Assembly (NCBI GenBank): GCA_034178705.1
Contig: JAXFQY010000039.1
Span: 18,623 to 82,622 of the forward strand
Source of the DNA: Eubacteriales bacterium
Lineage (GTDB): Bacteria; Bacillota; Clostridia; Oscillospirales; CAG-272
Length of the DNA stretch: 64,000 bases
Reading direction: 5' to 3'
The notes below the pieces were generated by a model that saw nothing but the letters and a program-made list of their open reading frames with translations, was not told where the DNA came from and made no database searches. A program made the translations under genes and the position numbers. Shown piece by piece: positions 56,514 through 64,000 of this stretch (position 1 is the first letter of the stretch; every line of letters begins with the position of its first letter).

Positions 56514-58057
56514 TCAAAGCGGAAAAAAAGTTTATACTTGCCGTCGCGATCGCTGTTGTCTTGATGGTTGTTGCCTATTTTGCCGTCGTCAAGCCGATCA
56601 CCGAACGGGAGGACGTCGTTACTACCGAGCCCCCCGTGACGGTAGAGGGGGAGATCATCGGGACAAACGGTCGCTATCAGCTGTTTGAGCAGGTGGCGCG
56701 CGCCGATATGCAGTCGATTGAAATTTCCAACGAGCACGGAACCTATAAGTTCATCCGCAAAAAGGATGACCGCTTTGTGATCGAGGGAAGCGAAGACACT
56801 CTGTACAGCGCTGAGCTGTTTTCCCAGCTGGTCGTTGACTGCGGCTATACGCTTTCGAAAGTCAAGATTGCCGATAATGCCGCGGCGGATTTTGTCAAGT
56901 ATGGCTTGGACGATGCTTCCAGTCCTGCCTATTTTGTCGTCACTACCTTGACGGGAAAGGTGCACAAGGTCTATGTCGGGAATCAGATCACGACCCGCGG
57001 CGGCTACTACGCCCGCTATGATGGGCGCGATACCGTCTATGTTCTGGATACCACACTGGCCTCAACGGTCCTGAAGCCTATTGAAAGCTATGTGACACCG
57101 CTGCTTTCCTATCCGACCACCCTGAACACGTATTATCTGATCGATAATTTCTCCGTTTTCCGCGGAGAGGATCTCTATGTCTCCTTCACCTATCTGGAGG
57201 AGGATCAGCGCTCCCCGATTTTTACCTATTCCACCTTTGCCATGCTTTATCCCGGAGAGGGAACCTATTGCCCGTCCGGATATCTGGACACCGCTTTACA
57301 GTCCTTTGTGAATTTTGAAGGAACGGAGGTTGTCAAGCTTGCTCCGGGGGATGCGGACATCGAGCAATATTTTCCGGACGGCTTTGATCGCACCGTTTAT
57401 CTTGTTAATAAGATTCCAATTGACAAGGACGATCTGTCGAAGGGTTATGAAAAGGTAGACAATTATCTCTTTTTCAGCCAGTTGCATGAGGACAAGGAAG
57501 GCAACTCCTACTATTATTGCTTCTCTCCGCGCTTCAACATCATTGCCCGGGTGGAAAGCTACAGGGCTGAGTTCTTAACATGGGAGCTGAAGCTGTGGGT
57601 CAGCGAAACAATCTATCAGCTGCAGATTGATACCGTGAAAGAGCTGAAATTTGACCTGCCGGGCGGGGATACGGTTACTTTCCAGCTGAGCGGGACGGGA
57701 CAGGATCTGATTGTTACCGAAAAGGAAACCGGACACAAACCGATTGTAAAGAACTTCCGGCAGCTTTATAAAATGATTCTCTCTGTGAATAAGGAAAGCA
57801 GTCATGGGCTGACGGAGGAGCAGGTTTCTGCTATTGTTGCGGATGAAAAGAACCGACAGCTGACAATGACCGCAACCATGCGGGACGGCACTGTGCTTCG
57901 GTACGATTTTTACAATTATTCCGACCGTCGGACCTATTATACAATTAACGGAGCAAAATGCGATTTTTATGTACTGCGTACCATGGTGAACAAGCTTGCT
58001 GCTGATGTGATCCGTGTAACCCGCGATGAAACCGTAAACTCCGAGGATAAGTATTGA
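56510..58057 (+). CDS. DUF4340-like membrane-anchored protein
   Basis: The ORF is trimmed to the ATG at 56510, which makes an ATGA overlap with the upstream stop. It has the N-terminal TM helix FILAVAIAVVLMVVAYFAVV. It is the usual fourth gene of GldG-type ABC modules. The family assignment comes from context and size. Confidence 0.6.
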   Translation: MIKAEKKFILAVAIAVVLMVVAYFAVVKPITEREDVVTTEPPVTVEGEIIGTNGRYQLFEQVARADMQSIEISNEHGTYKFIRKKDDRFVIEGSEDTLYSAELFSQLVVDCGYTLSKVKIADNAAADFVKYGLDDASSPAYFVVTTLTGKVHKVYVGNQITTRGGYYARYDGRDTVYVLDTTLASTVLKPIESYVTPLLSYPTTLNTYYLIDNFSVFRGEDLYVSFTYLEEDQRSPIFTYSTFAMLYPGEGTYCPSGYLDTALQSFVNFEGTEVVKLAPGDADIEQYFPDGFDRTVYLVNKIPIDKDDLSKGYEKVDNYLFFSQLHEDKEGNSYYYCFSPRFNIIARVESYRAEFLTWELKLWVSETIYQLQIDTVKELKFDLPGGDTVTFQLSGTGQDLIVTEKETGHKPIVKNFRQLYKMILSVNKESSHGLTEEQVSAIVADEKNRQLTMTATMRDGTVLRYDFYNYSDRRTYYTINGAKCDFYVLRTMVNKLAADVIRVTRDETVNSEDKY

Positions 58058-58117
58058 TTTTCCCGTCAGCAGGCTGCTTCGGGGAGACTGCTTCTGTTTG
58101 GGTAATTCCGGAAAGGC

Positions 58118-58149
58118 GCGGCATAACCCCTATCCGGGGGATATGCCGC
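58118..58149 (+). terminator. Terminator after the ABC/DUF4340 operon
   Basis: gcggcata (58118-58125) pairs with tatgccgc (58142-58149), with an inner CCCC/GGGG helix. It is followed by ttctttat. Confidence 0.6.
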
Positions 58150-58250
58150 TTCTTTATGCGGTTATACCTTTGCCATCGGCTTTTTTTAGTGGAATCGGCG
58201 ATACGGTATAATAGATTTCATCGGAAATCCGGAGACGAAAAAGGAGGGGA

Positions 58251-59561
58251 ATGCCAGTGGACTTTTTGTCCCTGTTCACGATTATTATTTTTCTTGTAAC
58301 CGTCATCAGCTTATTGAATGAACGGTTTTTCAAAATGCCGAACGATATTGCGCTGCTGCTGTTTTCGTTTTCGGTTTGTGTGTTGATTCAGCTTGCGGTG
58401 ACGGTGTTTTCGCTGGACGGCTTGGAGGCTTGGTTGAGCCGTCTGAATGATTTTCGGTTTGAATCATATCTGCTTGACGGCGTGCTGTGCTTTATGCTGT
58501 TTGCCGGAGCCAGTAAGGTGCATTTCAATAAGTTCACCTCCAACCTGAAGAATATCACCCTTCTTTCCTTTCTCACAACGGCCATTTCCGCTGTCTTATA
58601 TGGAGTCCTTTTTTGGCTGTTCTCCTGCCTTTTCGGATGGGGTGCAAATATCTGGGTTTGTATATTGCTTGGCTGTATTGTTTCTCCCACCGATCCGATT
58701 GCGGCAACCGGAATCATGAACAAGCTCGGGCTTTCAAAAAATGTAACCACCGTGATTGAAAGCGAGTCGCTTTTCAATGACGGAATGGGCGTTGCACTGT
58801 TTGCTTTTATAAAGAGCATTGTGACCAATATGGGACAGGAGAATTTCGCTGTCCGGATGCTTCGGGAGGTTCTTGGAGCAGGAGCCGTCGCCTTGTCCGT
58901 TTCGGGGCTTCTTCTTTTTCTGATGAAACGATCCCGCCAGCCGTTTCTTCACATTCTGATCAGTATTCTGGCTGTTTCCTCTTCGTATCTGCTCTGTGAG
59001 CTTTGCGGTTTTTCCGGCGTTATTGCCTCTGTGATCTGCGGGATGAGTTTTTCTTACGGTATGAACAAAATGGCTCGCTTCCGGCAGGTCGTGGACAAGG
59101 AGAATCAGTATTCCCGATTCTGGGATATCATAGACAGTCTCCTCAACAGTGTGCTCTTTGTTCTTCTCGGGCTTTCTGCACTGCGTCTTTCTCCCTCTCT
59201 TGCCGTTCTGCAGATCGGTGCCGCGGCCATTCTTGCGGGTCTGCTTTCGCGGGCTGTCGGCGTGGCGCTTCCCGCTGCCTGTGGCCGAAGAAAAACCATT
59301 CCCGGCGGATACAATCTTTCGGAATATACCGCACTCATGACATGGAGCGCGATGAAAGGCGGCCTTTCGCTGGCGTTGGTGCTAAGCACGCAGGCGGTCC
59401 TGCCGAGTTCAGAATATACCCTGCTGCTTAACGCGACTTATATCATTATTCTGTTTACCGTGATTGTGCAGGGAATGACAACAAAGAAGGTCTACCGTAC
59501 GATTGAGCGTCATAAAGCCGTAAGGCTTCGGAAGGAGAGTGATTTGCGTTGCGAATCATAA
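58251..59561 (+). CDS. CPA1-family cation:proton antiporter (NhaP-type)
   Basis: 436-aa polytopic protein with the conserved motif IVSPTDPIAATGIM and ESLFNDGMGVALF. Confidence 0.85.
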   Translation: MPVDFLSLFTIIIFLVTVISLLNERFFKMPNDIALLLFSFSVCVLIQLAVTVFSLDGLEAWLSRLNDFRFESYLLDGVLCFMLFAGASKVHFNKFTSNLKNITLLSFLTTAISAVLYGVLFWLFSCLFGWGANIWVCILLGCIVSPTDPIAATGIMNKLGLSKNVTTVIESESLFNDGMGVALFAFIKSIVTNMGQENFAVRMLREVLGAGAVALSVSGLLLFLMKRSRQPFLHILISILAVSSSYLLCELCGFSGVIASVICGMSFSYGMNKMARFRQVVDKENQYSRFWDIIDSLLNSVLFVLLGLSALRLSPSLAVLQIGAAAILAGLLSRAVGVALPAACGRRKTIPGGYNLSEYTALMTWSAMKGGLSLALVLSTQAVLPSSEYTLLLNATYIIILFTVIVQGMTTKKVYRTIERHKAVRLRKESDLRCES

Positions 59562-60916
59562 TTGTCGGCGCGGGGAAAACCGCAGAGGTGCTGATACAGC
59601 ATCTGGAAAAGAGCGGACATGATATTATTATCGTGGATAAAAACAAGAATATCGTGGAGAATATCACCGACCATTACAGTGTGAACGGTGTCTGCGGAAG
59701 CGGTGCATCCCGCGAGGTTCTCCTTTCGGCGGGCGCGGATACAGCCGACGTCATTATCAGCCTGACTCCGGTGGACGAGATCAACCTTCTTGCCTGTTCA
59801 ATGGCAAAAAGCCTCGGAACCCGCTATGCTGCTGCAGAAGTGGAGCGTAAAGAGCTGATCTGTGACGAAGCGTATTTAAAAGAAAAATTCGGAATCAATT
59901 ATATCCTGACACCGAAAAATCTTGTTTCGGCGGCGATTGCCTATCAGATTTTTTTCAATTCTGCCAATCGTGTAGAGCCTTTTTTGGATTCCCGCGTTTT
60001 GCTGGCCGAGATTACCGTGAAAAAAGACAGCTTCCTCGCAAATGCCATGCTGAAGGATCTCAAGCCGAGGCTCGAGTCGGATTTTCTGGTATTCGGCGTT
60101 CTGCGCAAAGATGACCTGATCATCCCCCGGGGGGACTTTGTACTTCAGCCCGGAGACGCGATCGGCTTGATTGCCGACAAGTCGGAGATGACAAAGCTGT
60201 TTTCCAAGGTAGATCTTGTGAGAAAACCGGTGCATTCGGTCATGCTGATCGGCGGCGGGGAGCTGGGGTCGGCGGTTGCGGAGCGCCTGCTGGAGCATCA
60301 CATCAGCGTCAAGCTCGTGGAAAACAATCGGGATCGGTGTGAAACCCTTCTCGCGGACTATCCCAAAGCGAAGATCGTCTACGGAAACGGTACTGACGTT
60401 GAATTGCTTGAGGAGGAAAAAATCGGAAAGTATGACGCCTGTGTGTGTACAACCGGAAACGATGAGACAAATCTGCTGGCTTCCCTGATTGCTTGGACAA
60501 GCGGCGTCAACAATATTGTTACCAGAATCAATACGGCATCCTATGACCGCGTTCTGCGCAAGGTGACAATCAACATAACGGTATCGCCGGATCGCATTAT
60601 GGCCGAGAAGCTTCTGGACTATCTCTGGTCTTTGCAGGTGGGAAGCGCGGGGGAGGAAACAAGCCGCTATTATTCAATGGGGGCATCGATGCTGAAAATC
60701 AGCGAATTCGATATCCCGGTCGGCTTTCAGAGGGCGGAGCTTCCGCTTATGAGCGAGGAAATGCGTCTCAAAAAGGGCGTGATCATCGGTGCTGTGGAAC
60801 GGGACGGAGCGATCATCATTCCCCGCGGAAACGACGTCATTCACTGCGGAGACAGAATTATTGTCCTGTCGGAAAGTCAGCTGGAGCTGCTTTCCCCGAA
60901 CGATCTTTTTCTGTGA
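59549..60916 (+). CDS. trkA: TrkA-type RCK protein (two NAD-binding plus TrkA-C repeats)
   Basis: 455 aa with a TTG start that overlaps the antiporter gene by 13 nt. It has the Rossmann motifs MRIIIVGAGKTAEVL and VMLIGGGELGSAVA. Confidence 0.9.
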   Translation: MRIIIVGAGKTAEVLIQHLEKSGHDIIIVDKNKNIVENITDHYSVNGVCGSGASREVLLSAGADTADVIISLTPVDEINLLACSMAKSLGTRYAAAEVERKELICDEAYLKEKFGINYILTPKNLVSAAIAYQIFFNSANRVEPFLDSRVLLAEITVKKDSFLANAMLKDLKPRLESDFLVFGVLRKDDLIIPRGDFVLQPGDAIGLIADKSEMTKLFSKVDLVRKPVHSVMLIGGGELGSAVAERLLEHHISVKLVENNRDRCETLLADYPKAKIVYGNGTDVELLEEEKIGKYDACVCTTGNDETNLLASLIAWTSGVNNIVTRINTASYDRVLRKVTINITVSPDRIMAEKLLDYLWSLQVGSAGEETSRYYSMGASMLKISEFDIPVGFQRAELPLMSEEMRLKKGVIIGAVERDGAIIIPRGNDVIHCGDRIIVLSESQLELLSPNDLFL

Positions 60917-60958
60917 GAAGGGGAAGACAGAAAGATAAGGGATTGGGCAGACAAAGGG

Positions 60959-61003
60959 GCATCCCCGCAAAAGACAAAGGGTATTTGTCTTTTGCGGGGA
61001 TGC
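60959..61003. terminator. Bidirectional terminator between convergent genes
   Basis: gcatccccgcaaaagacaaa (60959-60978), loop gggta, then tttgtcttttgcggggatgc (60984-61003). This is a 20-bp perfect stem. Confidence 0.7.
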
Positions 61004-61139
61004 TCTGCTTTGGTTACGGGTTTCTCAGAAGGCGGAATCTCAGGCTGCCTGAATCGTATTCCATGCTTTTGAGAAGAAACATCTGTACTCAAAGGAAAGC
61101 GGCTCGGGCTTCCGCGGCTTTTTCCGCGGGAGAAAGCGG

Positions 61140-61910
61140 TCAACAGACAGCCGAATCTTTCTCTTTATGCTTCCGGACAAGTCCGGGCAGATAAAACAGA
61201 AAGGAGATCAGCGCCATATAAGCAAGAAGAATGCCGATTGCGGGAAGCAGATAGAGAAAAGGAACGGGGAGCCAGCTCCAGAAAAGGTTCAAGATGCTGA
61301 TATCCGCGGGGAAGGTAAAAAAGTAATTGGCAAACGGGCAGACTGTGGCGCGGAGAATCAGATTGCAGCCGAAGGCGGCAAAGGCGATGCACAACAGCGT
61401 GAGCAGAATTCCGGGAAGATCGGTAAGCTTCGGGCGGTAGAGACGCAGCGTTGCAAGACTGATGCTGCAGATAAGAATCAGCAGATGCGTGAAATAAAAG
61501 CCAAAGATGCGAGGGGTCAGCAGGGAATAGCCCGAAAACGCGGGCTCAGGGAACAGAAGCGCCATCACGGCTCCAAGCGGGGCAATGTAGAAGGAGAATC
61601 CCAAAAGCGAACGTCTGTTTGTCAGCAGGCCGATCGGAATGAGAAACATATTGATGTTGCAAAGTTGGAGCGGAAGCTCATTGAACCAGTTAAAGCGGTC
61701 TATTCCGGAGACGGAAAGGAACTCTGTGTCTTTTGAGAGACAGATCTTATAGAGAAAGAAGGCAAGAATATTCAACAGACAAAGACCAACCAATATCGCT
61801 TTGCGCTTTTTTTCCGTCCAGTCACGGAAAAAATATGGTAGCAGGATAATACAGACGGCTGCAAGCAGAAGCAGAGCGATGTGCGGAAGGTTAAACGGAC
61901 GTACGATCAT
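61140..61910 (-). CDS. Polytopic membrane protein (possibly YwaF/TIGR02206-like)
   Basis: The ORF is trimmed to the ATG at 61910, preceded by an aggagg RBS. It has about seven TM helices. The family assignment is tentative. Confidence 0.55.
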   Translation of the reverse strand: MIVRPFNLPHIALLLLAAVCIILLPYFFRDWTEKKRKAILVGLCLLNILAFFLYKICLSKDTEFLSVSGIDRFNWFNELPLQLCNINMFLIPIGLLTNRRSLLGFSFYIAPLGAVMALLFPEPAFSGYSLLTPRIFGFYFTHLLILICSISLATLRLYRPKLTDLPGILLTLLCIAFAAFGCNLILRATVCPFANYFFTFPADISILNLFWSWLPVPFLYLLPAIGILLAYMALISFLFYLPGLVRKHKEKDSAVC

Positions 61911-62541
61911 TTTGGATAATCCTCCTGTTCCGGAGCATAACCGGGAGACTGAGCAAAACAGCAAGAAGAACCCCGGCAATGAGGTCAAGCACGGAATGCT
62001 GCTTGATAAAAACGGTGGAAAGACAGATCAGGACGGAGAGAGTCGCGCTGGCAATACGCCAGCCTGTTTTTTTTCGGAGCTGCGGCACGGAAAAGGCAGT
62101 CAGGTGAACGCAGACCGCTTCAAAGCAGTGCATCGACGGGAAAACATTGACCGGATCATCCAAACGGAAAATAACGGAACACATCCATTCGAAAAGATTT
62201 GTACCCCCTCCGGGGATCTCCGGGCGGAAATCGATCCGGGTAGGGAATACCAGAATAATCAGAAGGCAGATGCCCGCTCCTCCGAAAAAGGAGACGCATT
62301 GCCGACGGAAGGCCAAGGGGTCTGTAAAGCAGATCACGCCGAGCAGAAACGGGATGTAGAGGTACCACAGAACATAGGGGATGATGAAAACCGGAAGAAA
62401 GGGGATCCAATCGTCTGCGGCGCAATGAATCGGAATCCGCTCGCAATTCCGTGCCTCGGCAAGAAAAAAGATAAGGATTACGGGGATAAAGAGTAGAAAG
62501 CACAGAATTCTTCGGTTCTGTCGCATAAAATCACGGAGCAT
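61891..62541 (-). CDS. PAP2-superfamily membrane phosphatase/transferase (PAP2_3-like)
   Basis: The ORF is trimmed to the ATG at 62541 (MLRDFMRQNRR), 7 nt after agggaggg. It has the PAP2 motifs FPSMH and IKQHSVLDLIAG. Confidence 0.7.
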   Translation of the reverse strand: MLRDFMRQNRRILCFLLFIPVILIFFLAEARNCERIPIHCAADDWIPFLPVFIIPYVLWYLYIPFLLGVICFTDPLAFRRQCVSFFGGAGICLLIILVFPTRIDFRPEIPGGGTNLFEWMCSVIFRLDDPVNVFPSMHCFEAVCVHLTAFSVPQLRKKTGWRIASATLSVLICLSTVFIKQHSVLDLIAGVLLAVLLSLPVMLRNRRIIQNDRTSV

Positions 62542-62594
62542 TCGATAGCCCTCCCTTTGCGGTGTGTACAGGATCACGGATCGTTACGGAGAAC

Positions 62595-62623
62595 ATTATA
62601 CAGCAGCAAAAGGAACTTTGCAA
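62595..62623 (-). promoter_or_regulatory. Predicted sigma-A promoter for the PAP2 gene pair
   Basis: The minus strand reads TTGCAA (62623-62618), a 17-nt spacer, then TATAAT (62600-62595). Confidence 0.5.
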
Positions 62624-62740
62624 CTGCTTAAAACAGGAAAAGAAGGAGTGCATCGGGTTCCTGTTATGAGGCATAAGCGCCTTCGCCCTTTTTGTAAAAG
62701 GATCCGGTGCTGTTTTGCGGTTGATCCGGCAATCCGTGCA

Positions 62741-62776
62741 GAAGCCGGCGGTCAGACTGTTCTGACTGCCGGCTTC
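62741..62776 (-). terminator. Hairpin downstream of the SPFH gene
   Basis: gaagccggcggtcaga / tctgactgccggcttc forms a 16-bp stem with one mismatch. The U-tract on the minus strand is weak. Confidence 0.45.
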
Positions 62777-62849
62777 CTTTGTTGGTTGATGTCCCGAATC
62801 GGGATTTTATGAGTTATTATATAGAGCTTTTCCCAAATCCAGCCGAGAA

Positions 62850-64000
62850 TCAGCGTTTATCGGCATCGTCGAAGCGGTCACCGCATTCAGGGCAGAACTT
62901 CGGGGGATTTTTCGGATCGGCAGGTTCCCAACCGCACTTGTCACAGCGATAGGTGGGAACGCCTTCCGGTTTTTTCGCGCCGCATTCAGAACAGAATTTT
63001 CCCTTGTTCCGCTGTCCGCAGGCGCAGATCCAACCGTCCGTGTTTTCCGGCTTCTTTGCTCCGCAGGAGACGCAGAACTTTCCGGCGTTTCCGGTCTGTC
63101 CGCAGGCGCAGGTCCAACCGGAGATTGTTGCGGGGGCAGGCTGAGGCTGTTGCTGTGCCTGCTGCTGTGCCGCCATCGTGTAGAGGTTCTGTGCGTTGTT
63201 TCCGCCGACATTCATCGCCATGCCCATACCGACGAAGCCGTTCATGGCGCCTCCCTCATTCGCCGCAGCCGTGCGCATGGCATCTGTCTGTGCACCGACG
63301 AGGCGTGCGGCGGCGGTTGCCGGGTTGATGGTCATCGCGTTTTCTTCCCACTCGGTGATCTTCTTCTTCTGCTCGTCCGGAACAGAAATGGACATCACGT
63401 TGAAAGAGAAGATCTCCAAACCGCGGCGCTGACGCCAAAGGGCGGACAGCTCTTCATTCAGAGCGGCGGAAATGTCGGTGGAGTGAGCGCCGAGCTCATA
63501 GTACTGTACGCCGGCACCGGCAATTTTGGAAAGGGCAGGCTGGAGAGCATTCATCAGCTCTCCGCGGAGCATTTCGTCAATCTGGTCACGCTCATAGCAG
63601 TCGGTGACATTGCCCGCAACGTTGGTATAGAACAGGATCGGGTTGACGATCTTGTAGGAATACACACCGTTGCAGCGCAGATCGATGGAAAGCTTGTAGC
63701 CGAGCTGCTCGTTGATGATAACGCGGAAGGGGATCGGGGTTTTGGTACCGAACTTGTTGCCGGTGATTTCCTTGGTGTTGAAATAGTAGATGCGCTGATC
63801 CTGGCCGGTGTCTCCGCCGTAGGTGAAACGGCGGCCGATCGCCTTGAAGGTTTCCAGAATAGAGGAGCCGAGGCTTCCGGAAAAGATGCTCGGTTCGGTG
63901 GAGGAGTCCCATTTGAATTCTCCCGGCTCTGCGCAGAGCTCCACAACCTTGCCCTGCTCAACGATGATCATGCACTGTCCGTCATTGACCGCGATCATCG
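62850..64000 (-). CDS. SPFH/band-7-like protein with three C-terminal zinc ribbons (YdjI-like); the 5' end lies outside the window
   Basis: The ORF runs to the right edge. IAVNDGQCMIIVEQGKVVELCAEPGEFKW matches an internal region of this family, so the true start is probably beyond 64000. The C-terminus carries three CxxC...CxxC ribbons. Confidence 0.8.
   Translation of the reverse strand, partial: MIAVNDGQCMIIVEQGKVVELCAEPGEFKWDSSTEPSIFSGSLGSSILETFKAIGRRFTYGGDTGQDQRIYYFNTKEITGNKFGTKTPIPFRVIINEQLGYKLSIDLRCNGVYSYKIVNPILFYTNVAGNVTDCYERDQIDEMLRGELMNALQPALSKIAGAGVQYYELGAHSTDISAALNEELSALWRQRRGLEIFSFNVMSISVPDEQKKKITEWEENAMTINPATAAARLVGAQTDAMRTAAANEGGAMNGFVGMGMAMNVGGNNAQNLYTMAAQQQAQQQPQPAPATISGWTCACGQTGNAGKFCVSCGAKKPENTDGWICACGQRNKGKFCSECGAKKPEGVPTYRCDKCGWEPADPKNPPKFCPECGDRFDDADKR

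Noticed and set aside
58150-58250. I looked for a c-di-AMP (ydaO-type) riboswitch upstream of the cation transporter and trkA pair.
   Set aside because: The untranslated region is about 100 nt at most, with a plausible promoter in its middle. This leaves a leader of about 40 nt, too short for that riboswitch class, and it lacks the class's conserved pseudo-symmetric helices.

Overview
This window is an origin-proximal chromosomal region of a Bacillota genome, probably a Clostridia-like organism with GC around the mid-50s % (judged by eye, not computed). It is core genome. I found no rRNA, tRNA, CRISPR array, IS element or prophage.

**Left part (1-10.2 kb, all minus strand):** recA (truncated at the window edge), a lipoprotein, gyrA, gyrB, a remB-like DUF370 gene, recF, dnaN and dnaA. 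The dnaA-dnaN spacer looks like oriC. It contains a phased DnaA-trio-like array, a GC clamp, tandem box-like repeats and an AT-rich stretch. The repeated box is TGTYGAAAAC / GTTTTCRACA rather than the canonical TTATCCACA. The same motif forms a dense 8-copy cluster in the gyrB-gyrA spacer. The DnaA protein carries substitutions at positions that contact bases in E. coli DnaA.

**Right of dnaA (10.4-18.5 kb, plus strand):** a galactokinase-family kinase, a small membrane protein, a WalJ-like MBL hydrolase, rlmH, a WG-repeat surface protein, mnmG and rsmG.

**18.9-48.3 kb:** about 29 kb that is almost entirely minus strand, and therefore head-on to a fork leaving the proposed origin. It holds:
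- rpoC-rpoB, with their own consensus promoter and no rplJL upstream
- a surface protein, mscL and nth
- PBP2-mreD-mreC-mreB (listed in ascending coordinates; transcribed mreB to PBP2)
- a U32 protein and thiI (the only plus-strand gene in the block)
- a four-gene MBOAT / DHHW / FkbH-like / ACP module
- phosphoglucomutase, a TSCPD protein, htpG and a SleB-like hydrolase

**48.4-64 kb:**
- two parS sites, parA-parB and serS
- a small membrane protein and a MORN-repeat protein
- an ABC-2 / GldG-like / DUF4340 module
- an overlapping NhaP-type antiporter and trkA pair
- two membrane proteins
- a partial SPFH / zinc-ribbon gene

**Most interesting observations:** the non-canonical origin and DnaA-box system, the Dlt-like acylation module that has an FkbH-type loader in place of DltA, and the head-on rpoBC block between rsmG and parA.
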